Below the pieces are notes generated by a model, which had not been told where the DNA came from, did no database searches, and saw only the letters and a program-made list of their open reading frames with translations. From Candidatus Kerfeldbacteria bacterium (GTDB taxonomy: Bacteria > Patescibacteriota > Patescibacteriia > UBA9570), in contig JACPGK010000032.1 in assembly GCA_016182495.1 (NCBI GenBank), positions 23,917 to 87,916 on the forward strand: a DNA stretch of 64,000 nt, read 5' to 3'. Below are positions 47,716 to 57,082 of the stretch, one piece after another; within the stretch, counting starts at the first letter, position 1, and every line of letters begins with the position of its first letter. A program made the position numbers and the translations under genes.

Positions 47716-48228
47716 ATTTCCAATAAAGATTTTCGCCGGAATGAACAAATCCGATCAGCCCAGGTACGGGTGATCGATGCCCAGGGTAACCAATTAGGTG
47801 TATTATCAATTGCCGATGCCCTGCAACGAGCGCGCGAGCAAGAGGTAGATTTGGTTGAAGTATCACCGTTGGCTAATCCACCAGTTTGTAAATTGATTAA
47901 CTACGGCCAACTGCTGTACGAAAAAAATAAACGCGAACGTAAACAAAAAGCCAAACAAAAAAAAGTTGAAGTTAAAGGTATTCGGCTATCCACTACCATT
48001 GGCGATCATGATTTCAGTATTCGCGTCAATCAATCTCAAAAATTTTTAGAAAAAGGTCATAAAGTGTCAATCGAGTTGCTACTACGCGGGCGACAAAAAG
48101 CCCATCCCGAAGTAGGTTTAGAAGTTATGACCAAATTCCTAGCGGCTATTGCCAGCTGGGCGGTAGTAGAATCACCAATTAAACGACAAGGTGGAAAATT
48201 TAATGCCATTGTAACAGCGAAAAAGTAA
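47716..48228 (+). CDS. infC: Translation initiation factor IF-3, non-canonical ATT start
   Basis: Conserved N-terminus (ISNKDFRRNEQIRSAQVRVID) lies upstream of the ORF-track GTG. No ATG/GTG/TTG between the in-frame TAA at 47701 and that segment. DLVEVSP.ANPPVCK. Confidence 0.9.
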   Translation: MSNKDFRRNEQIRSAQVRVIDAQGNQLGVLSIADALQRAREQEVDLVEVSPLANPPVCKLINYGQLLYEKNKRERKQKAKQKKVEVKGIRLSTTIGDHDFSIRVNQSQKFLEKGHKVSIELLLRGRQKAHPEVGLEVMTKFLAAIASWAVVESPIKRQGGKFNAIVTAKK

Positions 48229-48229
48229 T

Positions 48230-48436
48230 ATGCCTAAAAAAAAGTTAAAGACAGTAAAAACCATCAGCAAACGTATTAAAGTGTCGCACGGTAAAAAGAA
48301 AACCTTACTGATGCGCTCATCCGGCCAAGATCATTTTAATGCACGCGAACGCGGTAAAACGACTCGCAAAAAACGTCGTCATAATACTGTAGCTCGAGTG
48401 AATGAACGTAATGTTCGCCGTGCACTGAACGGATAA
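48230..48436 (+). CDS. rpmI: 50S ribosomal protein L35
   Basis: MPKKKLKTVKTISKRIK; located between infC and rplT. Confidence 0.88.
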   Translation: MPKKKLKTVKTISKRIKVSHGKKKTLLMRSSGQDHFNARERGKTTRKKRRHNTVARVNERNVRRALNG

Positions 48437-48496
48437 CCGAAAGTAATTTTCAATAATCAATTTTCAAAGTATTATTCATAATTCATTGTTAACGAT

Positions 48497-48844
48497 ATGC
48501 CACGTGTTAAACGAGGAACCACTCATGTTCGCCGCCGCAAAACCTTATTAAAACGAGCTAAAGGTTTTCGCCTTGGCCGCCGCAAAACCATTCGCCTTGG
48601 CCGCGTAGCGGTGATTAAATCGGGTGTGCATGCTTATCAAGGTCGCAAATTAAAAAAACGCACTCGCCGCGGTGAATGGAATATCAGTATTAATGCCGCT
48701 GTCCGCGAACATGGCCTATCGTATAGTAAATTTATGAACGGTTTAAAACGCTCCGGCATTACCTTAGATCGTAAAGTATTGAGTCAGTTAGCCAAACAAC
48801 ATCCGGCGGTATTTGCCGAATTGGTCAAAGCCGTAAATGCCTAG
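48497..48844 (+). CDS. rplT: 50S ribosomal protein L20
   Basis: MPRVKRG, AKGFR, INAA.R, SYSKFM, LDRKVLSQLA. Confidence 0.97.
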   Translation: MPRVKRGTTHVRRRKTLLKRAKGFRLGRRKTIRLGRVAVIKSGVHAYQGRKLKKRTRRGEWNISINAAVREHGLSYSKFMNGLKRSGITLDRKVLSQLAKQHPAVFAELVKAVNA

Positions 48845-49430
48845 CGTGCAACAGCAGTGCACACCCCAACAGTGGCAATTACTGTTGCGATTTATTGCGG
48901 TAGTGAAAAGCTGGAATACTAAAATCAATCTGATATCACGGCGTGATGTGGATCATATTATGGAACATCATGTAATGCCCTGTTTGTTATTTAAACAACT
49001 GCACCGCTTACATGATCATGAAACCATTATTGATATTGGTAGCGGGGGCGGTTTTCCAGGGGTGATTAACGCTATTGTATTTCCAACCAGTCAATTTGTA
49101 CTGGTTGATGCAACACAAAAAAAAGTTAAAGCCCTCCAAGATATTTGCGCCACTCTAGGCCTGCATAACACCGAGATAGTGTGGGCTCGCATTGAACACC
49201 TGGCTACGAGGTCTGATTATCAGGCTCGCTTTGACCACACCACCAGCCGAGCAGTAGCGCCATTGGCTACACTAGTAAGCTGGAGTCAGCCACTGCTTAA
49301 ATCAGGTGGCACAGTCGAAGCCTTAAAAGGTGGTAACTTGGCTACAGAAATTGCCGCCGTGTCGCAACCAGTCAAGCAATACCGGGTAACGCCATCAGCC
49401 GCTTTAGTGATTGCCAGTGTAATGGTATAA
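48837..49430 (+). CDS. rsmG: 16S rRNA m7G527 methyltransferase
   Basis: WNTKINLIS, DIGSGGGFPG, DAT.KK, SRAVA, LKG. Confidence 0.9.
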   Translation: MPSVQQQCTPQQWQLLLRFIAVVKSWNTKINLISRRDVDHIMEHHVMPCLLFKQLHRLHDHETIIDIGSGGGFPGVINAIVFPTSQFVLVDATQKKVKALQDICATLGLHNTEIVWARIEHLATRSDYQARFDHTTSRAVAPLATLVSWSQPLLKSGGTVEALKGGNLATEIAAVSQPVKQYRVTPSAALVIASVMV

Positions 49431-49431
49431 T
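49423..49431 (+). promoter_or_regulatory. Extended -10 promoter, leaderless geometry
   Basis: TGG-TATAAT overlapping the rsmG stop, 7 nt before ATG 49439. Confidence 0.65.
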
Positions 49432-49438
49432 ACTACTC

Positions 49439-51244
49439 ATGAAACGTTGGTGTATTGTTTTCATAGTTATACTTAACTTGGGGTTGAGTGATGCGGCCCA
49501 AGCCAAGCCTGCTAAATTTGATACGTTGGCTGATGCTGCCATTGGCACCACTAGTGTAACGGTACGGTATTATAATATAGCCGCTACCAAAAAATTTCAG
49601 TTTCAACTATGGGATAAACGGGCTGGTCGAACCAGCTATCGTAGCATAGACAGTTGGTTTATTAAACGAACCAATAAGAAGAAAAAAATTTTTGAGACCC
49701 CCATTGCCGATTTAAAATCCAATCGTGATTATCGTTTGCGTTATCGTCCAATCTACGGCGGTGATCGACCGGGTTTATGGTCTAATTACCTGTTGTTTCG
49801 TACCAAAAATCAATCTGTTACTTTTAATTTAACTTCGGCCGTTACGTTAGCAACCGATGATGTGCCGCAGGTGGTGATGGCCGATTCAGGACCACATCCT
49901 ATGACATTACAAAACGATGGCAGCTGGAGCTTTGAATTAGAAGGCGTCAGCCGTGATGATGTGATTCAATTTGTATTGTCGCGTAATTTTTTAAGTACCA
50001 TTGGCTATGAACAATTTGAACCAGATGATCCTACAGCCTGGCGCGAGTTTACCGTAACAGATTTACCGCTCGAACGTAACGTTACCGTAGAACAATGGCG
50101 CTGGTTTGATCCTAGTGTAAGCAGTGGTACGGTATCTACCGATGCCTGGGTAGTAACCGATCGTGACCAGTTTGTTGTGAGTGCTATGTTACCGAGCGAT
50201 TATACCGATGCCAGCGATAGTTATTTAGTAGCTTCAACCATGCAAACACTAGCCGAAGCTGGTTTTAATTATGTCACTATCCCCTACTCTGCTCGATTTT
50301 TGTTAAGTGCTAATCCGCTTACAGCCGAAAGCCGATCGAATAAAAATACCCCTAGCACCGAACAACTAGAAAGTATCCTCACTGAAGCCACTAGCACTGG
50401 CTTAACACCAATACTATATTTACAAATGAAACTTGATCCCGATAATGCTGATGCTATAGCTAATGATTTAGCTGGCACGCACGATACTTCGTATCTGACG
50501 AGTTATTTAACGGAGTGGCGTCAAACCATGCGTGATGGAGTGGAATTCGCTATGGCTCATGCTATTACCACGGTAGTGCTTGAACCAACTTTTGACACGT
50601 TAGAGTACAGCGATGACGCTCAACAACAGTATATCAGCTTTATTATTGCTAATGATTTATTACCAATGATTGCTGATGGTTACAGCGGTATATTAACAAG
50701 CGGGGCTGTGAACAATGACGGCGATTTTAGTTGGTATGCAGCTAGCCAATTAGATTGGGTGGGCATTAATTGGCAACCGGATTTAACTGATAGTTTGGAG
50801 CCTACCATGGCAAATATGTATACTACCGCAGTAACTGCTGTAACGAACGAGCTAGCTAGCCTAAACGCTTTATACAACAAACCAATCTACCTAGCCGGTT
50901 TTACGCTGGCCAGCTGGGATGGCGCAGCGGGAGCTTTACCAGCTAGCCTAGTGCCAACTAATGCCGTTGATCCGGCTGAACCAATCAATGATGCTTATCC
51001 GCGCGACTATCAAGAACAAGCTGATGCCTATGAAGCCGCCTGGCGGGTTGTGGCCGACAGTAACTTTATTGTTGGCGCCACTACGCAACGATACGGCTAC
51101 TTTGATATTCACGATACCACCGAGGCGATTCGTAACAAACCAGCCGAACAGGTGTGGAGCCGGTGGATAGATTTGTTTAGCGATGCTCCTACCACCGTGC
51201 TCTTGCTGGCGTCGTTCAATTTTTCGATTCACTTCTCCAGGTAA
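49439..51244 (+). CDS. Secreted protein: FN3-like domain plus GH113-like TIM-barrel domain
   Basis: Signal peptide; LKSNRDYRLRYR..G.WS FN3-like segment; LDWVGIN, YNKPIY, EQADAYEA, NKPAEQV. Confidence 0.6.
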   Translation: MKRWCIVFIVILNLGLSDAAQAKPAKFDTLADAAIGTTSVTVRYYNIAATKKFQFQLWDKRAGRTSYRSIDSWFIKRTNKKKKIFETPIADLKSNRDYRLRYRPIYGGDRPGLWSNYLLFRTKNQSVTFNLTSAVTLATDDVPQVVMADSGPHPMTLQNDGSWSFELEGVSRDDVIQFVLSRNFLSTIGYEQFEPDDPTAWREFTVTDLPLERNVTVEQWRWFDPSVSSGTVSTDAWVVTDRDQFVVSAMLPSDYTDASDSYLVASTMQTLAEAGFNYVTIPYSARFLLSANPLTAESRSNKNTPSTEQLESILTEATSTGLTPILYLQMKLDPDNADAIANDLAGTHDTSYLTSYLTEWRQTMRDGVEFAMAHAITTVVLEPTFDTLEYSDDAQQQYISFIIANDLLPMIADGYSGILTSGAVNNDGDFSWYAASQLDWVGINWQPDLTDSLEPTMANMYTTAVTAVTNELASLNALYNKPIYLAGFTLASWDGAAGALPASLVPTNAVDPAEPINDAYPRDYQEQADAYEAAWRVVADSNFIVGATTQRYGYFDIHDTTEAIRNKPAEQVWSRWIDLFSDAPTTVLLLASFNFSIHFSR

Positions 51245-51265
51245 AAATACCATAAACAATCAAGG

Positions 51266-52438
51266 TTACTCTAGATATTGCCGTTGTGTCAACTGTTCGG
51301 GTAAGTTGCTTTGTCCTTGATGTTGGCCATAGCCTACTTGTTTCATCAGGGTGGTAGGAGCATTGCGTAAATGCATTGGTACGGGAGCGGCCTCGGTTTC
51401 GCGAATATCGCTTAACACTTGTTGGGCAGCTTGGTACACGACCCGCGATTTTGGAGCTTGAGCGCAATAGGCCACCGCTTGAAATATAGCGTACTGACCT
51501 TCAGGCATACCCAAAAAATGAACGGTTTGGTAGGCGGCGACACATAGGGATAAAGCTTGCGCATCGGCCAAACCAATATCTTCGGAAGCAAATTCGACTA
51601 CTCGACGCATCACGTATAACGGATCTTCTCCCGAATTCAACATGCGCCCACACCAATACAAGGCGGCATTCACATCGCTAGCCCGCATGGTTTTATGTAA
51701 AGCTGAAATTAAATTGTAATGTTCTTCACCGGCTTTATCGTAGCGTAAGGCTACTTTAGTTAAAATATCTTTTACTTGAGAATGGGTCAATTGGCTAACA
51801 TCTGTAAAATTCTTCTGCAGTAGTTCAATAGTGTTCAACGCTACCCGAGCATCACCATCAGCCATATTGGCAATCAAGCCAACTACCTCGGTTGGTAACG
51901 ACAATTTAGTGTGGCTGATAATTGTGGTAATGTCGGCAGTGGTCAGACGTTCAAACACAAACACTTGGCAACGCGATAGTAAGGCCGAATTCAACTCAAA
52001 CGATGGATTTTCGGTGGTGGCACCAATTAAGGTGATAATGCCCTGCTCAATAAACGGCAGTAAGGAATCTTGCTGGGCTTTATTCCAACGGTGAATCTCA
52101 TCAATAAATACCACGGTGCGCTTAGCATGCAATTCTTTATCAGTTTTGGCTTGGCTGGTAATATCACGCAGTTCTTTTACGCCAGCGGTGACGGCTGATA
52201 ACGTGACAAATTTAGCTTGACTGGCTTGGGCGATAACATGGGCCAGAGTGGTTTTGCCGCTACCAGGTGGGCCCCAAAAAATCATCGATAGCAACTGATC
52301 TTGCTCAATCAGGCGTCGAATACTGCCAGTGTTACCTACCAATTTAGCCTGACCAACAAACTGGGCTAACGTACTGGGTCGCAATTGTTCCGCCAGTGGT
52401 TGATGTTGGGCAAGATTATGCTGAAATAATGAATCCAT
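51266..52438 (-). CDS. rarA: Replication-associated recombination protein A (RarA/MgsA)
   Basis: PLAEQLRP, WGPPGSGKTT, FIDEIHRWNKAQQD, GATTENPSFE, SEDIGLAD, VPMHLRNAPT. Confidence 0.94.
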   Translation of the reverse strand: MDSLFQHNLAQHQPLAEQLRPSTLAQFVGQAKLVGNTGSIRRLIEQDQLLSMIFWGPPGSGKTTLAHVIAQASQAKFVTLSAVTAGVKELRDITSQAKTDKELHAKRTVVFIDEIHRWNKAQQDSLLPFIEQGIITLIGATTENPSFELNSALLSRCQVFVFERLTTADITTIISHTKLSLPTEVVGLIANMADGDARVALNTIELLQKNFTDVSQLTHSQVKDILTKVALRYDKAGEEHYNLISALHKTMRASDVNAALYWCGRMLNSGEDPLYVMRRVVEFASEDIGLADAQALSLCVAAYQTVHFLGMPEGQYAIFQAVAYCAQAPKSRVVYQAAQQVLSDIRETEAAPVPMHLRNAPTTLMKQVGYGQHQGQSNLPEQLTQRQYLE

Positions 52439-53427
52439 TAGCTTTGACGTTGGCGCATGGCTTGACGAATTTTTCTGATACTAGCTCGGGCAATAAAGAA
52501 TACAGGTACAAAAATAACACTATAAACGGCCAACCAAATAAAGAATACGGTTATTTTACCAGTGGAACGAATTAATGAATAGATTGCTCGGCCAAATTCG
52601 TATTTCACCATGCCAGCGAAAGTTGAGCGATCATATTGATAGTAATTGCCTTCCCAAAATGATACATATTGAGCAATATGCACGGTCACATTCACTAAAT
52701 TATATTGAGCAATGGTTTCATCGCGCGCTTGTTTTGAATCTTCAATGATTTGCCGGGTGGTGACGAGTTGCTCTTGAGCAGCGCTGCGGGCGGCGTCGGT
52801 TGATTGTGGTGAAGCAATAACATTTTCTAATTTGGTCACTTGTTGTTGAGCAAAATCAAGGTACTCATCCATCGCCACCACTTCTGAACTGACATTAGCT
52901 ACCGTATATTGAGTGACTTCAACTTCGTTATTGGCATCCAGTGTTTTGAGAGTATCTTCAAAGCTTTGTAATTGATCATTGGGTAATTGAATATCAATTG
53001 TGCCGCTGGTATCGTAATAAGAAATATTAACAATGTAGCCACCTAATCGGGTTACTTCTTCGCGCACACTATTGATAATATCTAACGTATCATTTTTAAC
53101 ATCAAGGGCCAACTCAATTGATTCACTAAACACTGATTTTGACTGCCCATCATCTTGATAGGTATACTCTTGGTCAACCTCATCATTATAACGAGGTTCA
53201 TCACGATCAAAAAAATCAAGCTCTTCCACCTGAATACCATTACTCGATAAACCACTCACTTCCGGAGAACCTAAAGCCAATGAATCACCCAGTGCCTTCT
53301 CTTTCGGCATTGAACGGTTCGAGGTGGCGTACGCAGTAATTAATGCCAAGCCAGCTAAACCTAGGCCACCGATAGTATAGCCTAGCACTGCCCAGGACTT
53401 TTTTTTGGTTGATTGAGCTTGTTCCAT
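52438..53427 (-). CDS. DUF4349-like membrane protein
   Basis: N-terminal TM, LGGYI ferredoxin-like segment, coiled coil, C-terminal TM. ATG at 53427. Confidence 0.65.
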   Translation of the reverse strand: MEQAQSTKKKSWAVLGYTIGGLGLAGLALITAYATSNRSMPKEKALGDSLALGSPEVSGLSSNGIQVEELDFFDRDEPRYNDEVDQEYTYQDDGQSKSVFSESIELALDVKNDTLDIINSVREEVTRLGGYIVNISYYDTSGTIDIQLPNDQLQSFEDTLKTLDANNEVEVTQYTVANVSSEVVAMDEYLDFAQQQVTKLENVIASPQSTDAARSAAQEQLVTTRQIIEDSKQARDETIAQYNLVNVTVHIAQYVSFWEGNYYQYDRSTFAGMVKYEFGRAIYSLIRSTGKITVFFIWLAVYSVIFVPVFFIARASIRKIRQAMRQRQS

Positions 53428-53528
53428 AGAAATGGTAGTCAATGAATTAGAGTTGATTGATGATTAAATTGAGTGATAAAGATGGTTTGAATAGTATGAC
53501 TAAAATCATAAAAAATTACAATGAACAA

Positions 53529-53557
53529 CGCTCCACTACAATACCTGCAGCAGAGCG
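53529..53557 (-). terminator. Intrinsic terminator after the alpha/beta hydrolase
   Basis: Minus strand CGCTCTGCTGCA-GGTAT-TGTAGTGGAGCG (12 bp including G:U pairs), followed by TTGTTCATT, immediately after the stop. Confidence 0.6.
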
Positions 53558-54538
53558 CTATTCCTCCATCTGGTCATGTGAGCCTCCGTTAGCAGCCAAC
53601 AGCTCGGCATGATGCTCACGCCGTTGCGTTTGCACCAACGCCCTAATTTCCAGGCCTATTTGAATGTAGACCAAGAAATTAAATAGAGCGGTATGGCCAA
53701 AGTGGCACCACAGTGGGCGAGCGTAGTACCAGCGGGTACGCAGCTCGGCCAGGCTGATGCCGTCATCTTCGGCCGGACGGCTAAACCGAGCCTCGCTGGG
53801 ATGCACAATCATATCGGCCTTCGTAGCACAGAAGAACCGATAGATAATGCTCTCCCGGGCACGCAACTGTTGACCCAACGCCTCAACTGCCTTGAGGTGT
53901 ATATCGTCGGGCTTAAAGTGCTCTGCCCCGGGCAGCGAGCTCATGGCCCACAGCCGCGATCCCTGCCAAGGAGTGGAGATGCACAGTACGGCATCTAGGC
54001 GAATACCCTGCTGTTGCAGCAGCTGGTGCGCCAGTACCGTAAGATCTTGTCCACCCTTGCTAAAACCCAAGCCGATGATTGGAACACCGGCTTGATAGTC
54101 GGGTAACAAAACTTCAGCCACCCAAGTTTGGTTAAGCAACGCTAACCGGTGGTAGAAGTTATACCCACCGTATATATCCACGTTGCCACCATTGGGCGTG
54201 CGCAGTACCAGTACCCGACAGCTCCAGCTGCGGCTTAGCCTACGGGCAAACCAGTAGGCGTGAGCTGGTACTTGGCCAAAGCCGACCCCCAGTACCACGG
54301 TAGCTAGCTGCGCTCCCCGTGGCTTGAACTCACGCGGCATTTGGCCATGGTATCGCCGCACGTGATAATGCGTGTAGCGTTCCAGTGGCCGAACTATGCC
54401 GTGAGTGAAAATCAACTGAACAATCTGTTTGATACTAGCCTGCTGACGTTGCAGCCGAAGAATATGAAACTTCAGCCACCGGCGCCACAGACTGAACTGA
54501 AACTTCCAACCACGGTTATGGTTGTTTATCTTGTCCAC
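53558..54538 (-). CDS. Alpha/beta hydrolase (lipase/esterase-like)
   Basis: Nucleophile elbow GFSKGG, ISTPWQGS, ADMIV (Asp), GHTAL (His). Confidence 0.72.
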   Translation of the reverse strand: MDKINNHNRGWKFQFSLWRRWLKFHILRLQRQQASIKQIVQLIFTHGIVRPLERYTHYHVRRYHGQMPREFKPRGAQLATVVLGVGFGQVPAHAYWFARRLSRSWSCRVLVLRTPNGGNVDIYGGYNFYHRLALLNQTWVAEVLLPDYQAGVPIIGLGFSKGGQDLTVLAHQLLQQQGIRLDAVLCISTPWQGSRLWAMSSLPGAEHFKPDDIHLKAVEALGQQLRARESIIYRFFCATKADMIVHPSEARFSRPAEDDGISLAELRTRWYYARPLWCHFGHTALFNFLVYIQIGLEIRALVQTQRREHHAELLAANGGSHDQMEE

Positions 54539-54589
54539 TACGAATCACTCCATGAGCTGCCCTTTGTGGCAGCATGTGGTAGCAGCGCC

Positions 54590-54618
54590 AGCGTAGTACC
54601 AATACTAGGTAATGTCAA
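54590..54618 (-). promoter_or_regulatory. sigma70 promoter of the hydrolase gene
   Basis: TTGACA (54613-54618), 17-nt spacer, TACGCT (54590-54595); SD-like GGAGTGA before GTG 54538. Confidence 0.6.
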
Positions 54619-54621
54619 ACC

Positions 54622-56388
54622 TTAAACGATGTGGCGAGTACGATAATTACGCCGCCAGTTATGCTCGTGTTTTTCTTTACGTTCTAATTCTAAAGCTGGT
54701 CGATACAATATATCAATGTACTCTTCCAGCATGCGACGGGCAGAAAATTTTGTCCATACCAATTTCATGGTAGCTTTCATCCGTTGTACCCAATCAGACG
54801 ATATCCCTTGATTGTTACGTTGATAATATAATGGCACGACCTGCTGTTCTAAAATGTCATATAATTCACCAGCTCCGTCATCGGGAATTTCCCAACCAAT
54901 ACCGGTTAGTTTGGCTTCTACCACCCAACCATCACTCACCGAACACTGCAACACGCCATTGGCGCCAGCTTTCATACCACTGGTACCACTGGCTTCTTGC
55001 CCACGAATGGGAGTGTTCAACCAAACATCGGATCCAGATACTAATACATCGGCTAAGGCTAAACTATAATTTGGAACAAACACCACCTGATCCTGCAGTT
55101 GAAATTGTTTAATCAGCTGGTTAATATGAACAATCGCTTGATGCATAGTGGCATCATTGGGATGTGCCTTGCCGGCTAACACAATTTGCACTGGCCTAGC
55201 TGTTTGCGTTACTAACCGTTGTAATCGTTTCATATCACTAAACAACATGGTAGGGCGTTTATAGGCAGCAAAGCGGCGCGCCCACGTAATGATAATATGA
55301 TCTTGCTGTAAATGTTTGCCAGTGCGATATTGAATTTCATCAATCAAACGATGTTTAGCCATGTCATGCACTCGCCATAATTCGTGTTCTGGCATATCAG
55401 TAATGGCTTTAGTATCAAAATACGGCGCTTGGGCTTTAATATCGGCATTCACCCAAGTAGCCAGGTGCACGCCGTTGGTAATAGCTGGCATAGTAACATC
55501 GGGCCACATTTGTTTGGCCATGGTGGAATGATACTGACTAACGGTATTAGTGTGACAAGCCATGTTTAAGGCTAGTCGAGTTAAACTAAAATCATTGGGC
55601 GACCCAGCCACCGTACCTTGAGCTAACATATCATTCATTGGCAAACCGAGTTGTTTAGCATAGGTACTCAATTGATCCGTCACCTGCGTACAGGTAAACA
55701 CTTCGTTACCACCCGGAATTAAGGTGTGGTTGGTAAACACAATTTTTTGGCGGCCATAATTGTAGGCATCATAAAATGACATGCCATATTCGTTCATATA
55801 ATGGTAAGTGATTTCAAATATGGCCAACGCCGAATGACTTTCGTTCAAATGAAAAATCGAAGGATGAATGTGTAAAGCCATTAAAGCGCGCACCCCGCCA
55901 ATGCCTAGGACAATTTCTTGCAATAACCGATTAGCACGATCATTACCGTATAACCGACGCGTAATTAAGCGATGCTCTGGGGTATTTTGCGGAACATCGG
56001 TATCTAATAAATACACCGACACATCGCCTTCTAAATATTCCCAAATTTGAAAAAAAATCTCTCCTTGAGCCACTGGGATACTTACCAATAATGGATCTCC
56101 TTGCATGGTGGCTACTAATTCAATCGGGGCGTCAGAAATGTTCAGTAGCGGGTAATCCTCTTTTTGCTCGCCAGTTAAGGTAAGGCGCTGCTTAAAATAG
56201 CCCTGCTTGTAGAACAAGCCTACTGCCACAAAGGGTAGTTCTTGGGTATTGGCTTGGCGAACAATATCGCCAGCTAACACACCTAAACCACCGGCATAAA
56301 TTGGCAGCCGTTCATCCACAGCGAATTCCGCACTCATGTAGGCTAGTGGATGTTCGCCCAAGGTACTACGAAACTTGCGTAAATTCAT
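54622..56388 (-). CDS. glgP: Alpha-glucan (glycogen/maltodextrin) phosphorylase
   Basis: AYMSAEF, YAGGLGVLAGD, HLNESH, ITNGVH, ARRFAAYKR, EASGTSGMKA. ATG at 56388. Confidence 0.93.
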   Translation of the reverse strand: MNLRKFRSTLGEHPLAYMSAEFAVDERLPIYAGGLGVLAGDIVRQANTQELPFVAVGLFYKQGYFKQRLTLTGEQKEDYPLLNISDAPIELVATMQGDPLLVSIPVAQGEIFFQIWEYLEGDVSVYLLDTDVPQNTPEHRLITRRLYGNDRANRLLQEIVLGIGGVRALMALHIHPSIFHLNESHSALAIFEITYHYMNEYGMSFYDAYNYGRQKIVFTNHTLIPGGNEVFTCTQVTDQLSTYAKQLGLPMNDMLAQGTVAGSPNDFSLTRLALNMACHTNTVSQYHSTMAKQMWPDVTMPAITNGVHLATWVNADIKAQAPYFDTKAITDMPEHELWRVHDMAKHRLIDEIQYRTGKHLQQDHIIITWARRFAAYKRPTMLFSDMKRLQRLVTQTARPVQIVLAGKAHPNDATMHQAIVHINQLIKQFQLQDQVVFVPNYSLALADVLVSGSDVWLNTPIRGQEASGTSGMKAGANGVLQCSVSDGWVVEAKLTGIGWEIPDDGAGELYDILEQQVVPLYYQRNNQGISSDWVQRMKATMKLVWTKFSARRMLEEYIDILYRPALELERKEKHEHNWRRNYRTRHIV

Positions 56389-56428
56389 TGAGACTAATAG
56401 TATAGCATAATAGTAGCCTGACGTATAT

Positions 56429-57070
56429 ATGGGACGCAGAAAAAAATTAGAAAAATTTGCCGACTTAAACACATTTGCTTCAGTATTACAGTATCCGTTA
56501 GCCATGGCTGGACAGTGGACTGCCTGGTTTGGTAATACTCAACCAATCGTGTTGGAATTAGGCTGTGGTAAAGGCGATTACAGTTTGGCTCTGGCCAGCC
56601 AACACCCTGAAAAAAATTATATTGGCATTGATATTCAAGGTGAACGTTTATGGTATGGCGCCAGGGCTGCAGACCAAGCTCAATTAAACAATATGGCCTG
56701 GTTACGCCTGCCGATTGAACAACTAAACGAACAATTTTTAGCCGGCGAAGTTGCCGAACTGTGGTTAACATTTCCAGATCCGTTTCCACGTGACCGCCAA
56801 GCCAAAAAAAGGCTCACCTCTCCTCGATTTTTACAGATGTATAAAACTATTCTTCAACCAGATGGTGTGATGCACCTAAAAACTGATTCGGCCGAACTAT
56901 TTGACTATAGTGTAGCCATGGTGACTGCTGACAATGGCTATATTCTAGCCGCCGTATCGGATGTGTATCGCGATCAACCCGTACCGTCTGAATTGGCTAT
57001 TACCACTACCTTTGAACGCCGCCATTTAGCCGCCGGAAAAACCATTCACTATTTAGCGTGGCAGTGGTAA
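56429..57070 (+). CDS. trmB: tRNA (guanine-N7)-methyltransferase
   Basis: LELGCGKG, GIDI, FPDPFP, KRLTS, HLKTD, TTFE. Confidence 0.93.
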   Translation: MGRRKKLEKFADLNTFASVLQYPLAMAGQWTAWFGNTQPIVLELGCGKGDYSLALASQHPEKNYIGIDIQGERLWYGARAADQAQLNNMAWLRLPIEQLNEQFLAGEVAELWLTFPDPFPRDRQAKKRLTSPRFLQMYKTILQPDGVMHLKTDSAELFDYSVAMVTADNGYILAAVSDVYRDQPVPSELAITTTFERRHLAAGKTIHYLAWQW

Positions 57071-57082
57071 CATGCTCTAATT

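Noticed and set aside
1134-56505. Extended ORF-track starts for typA (1134), NRAMP (4317), clpB (21721), ileS (33313), pgeF-like (42882) and glgP (56505)
   Set aside because: The extensions run through promoter boxes or neighbouring genes; family similarity begins at the downstream start.
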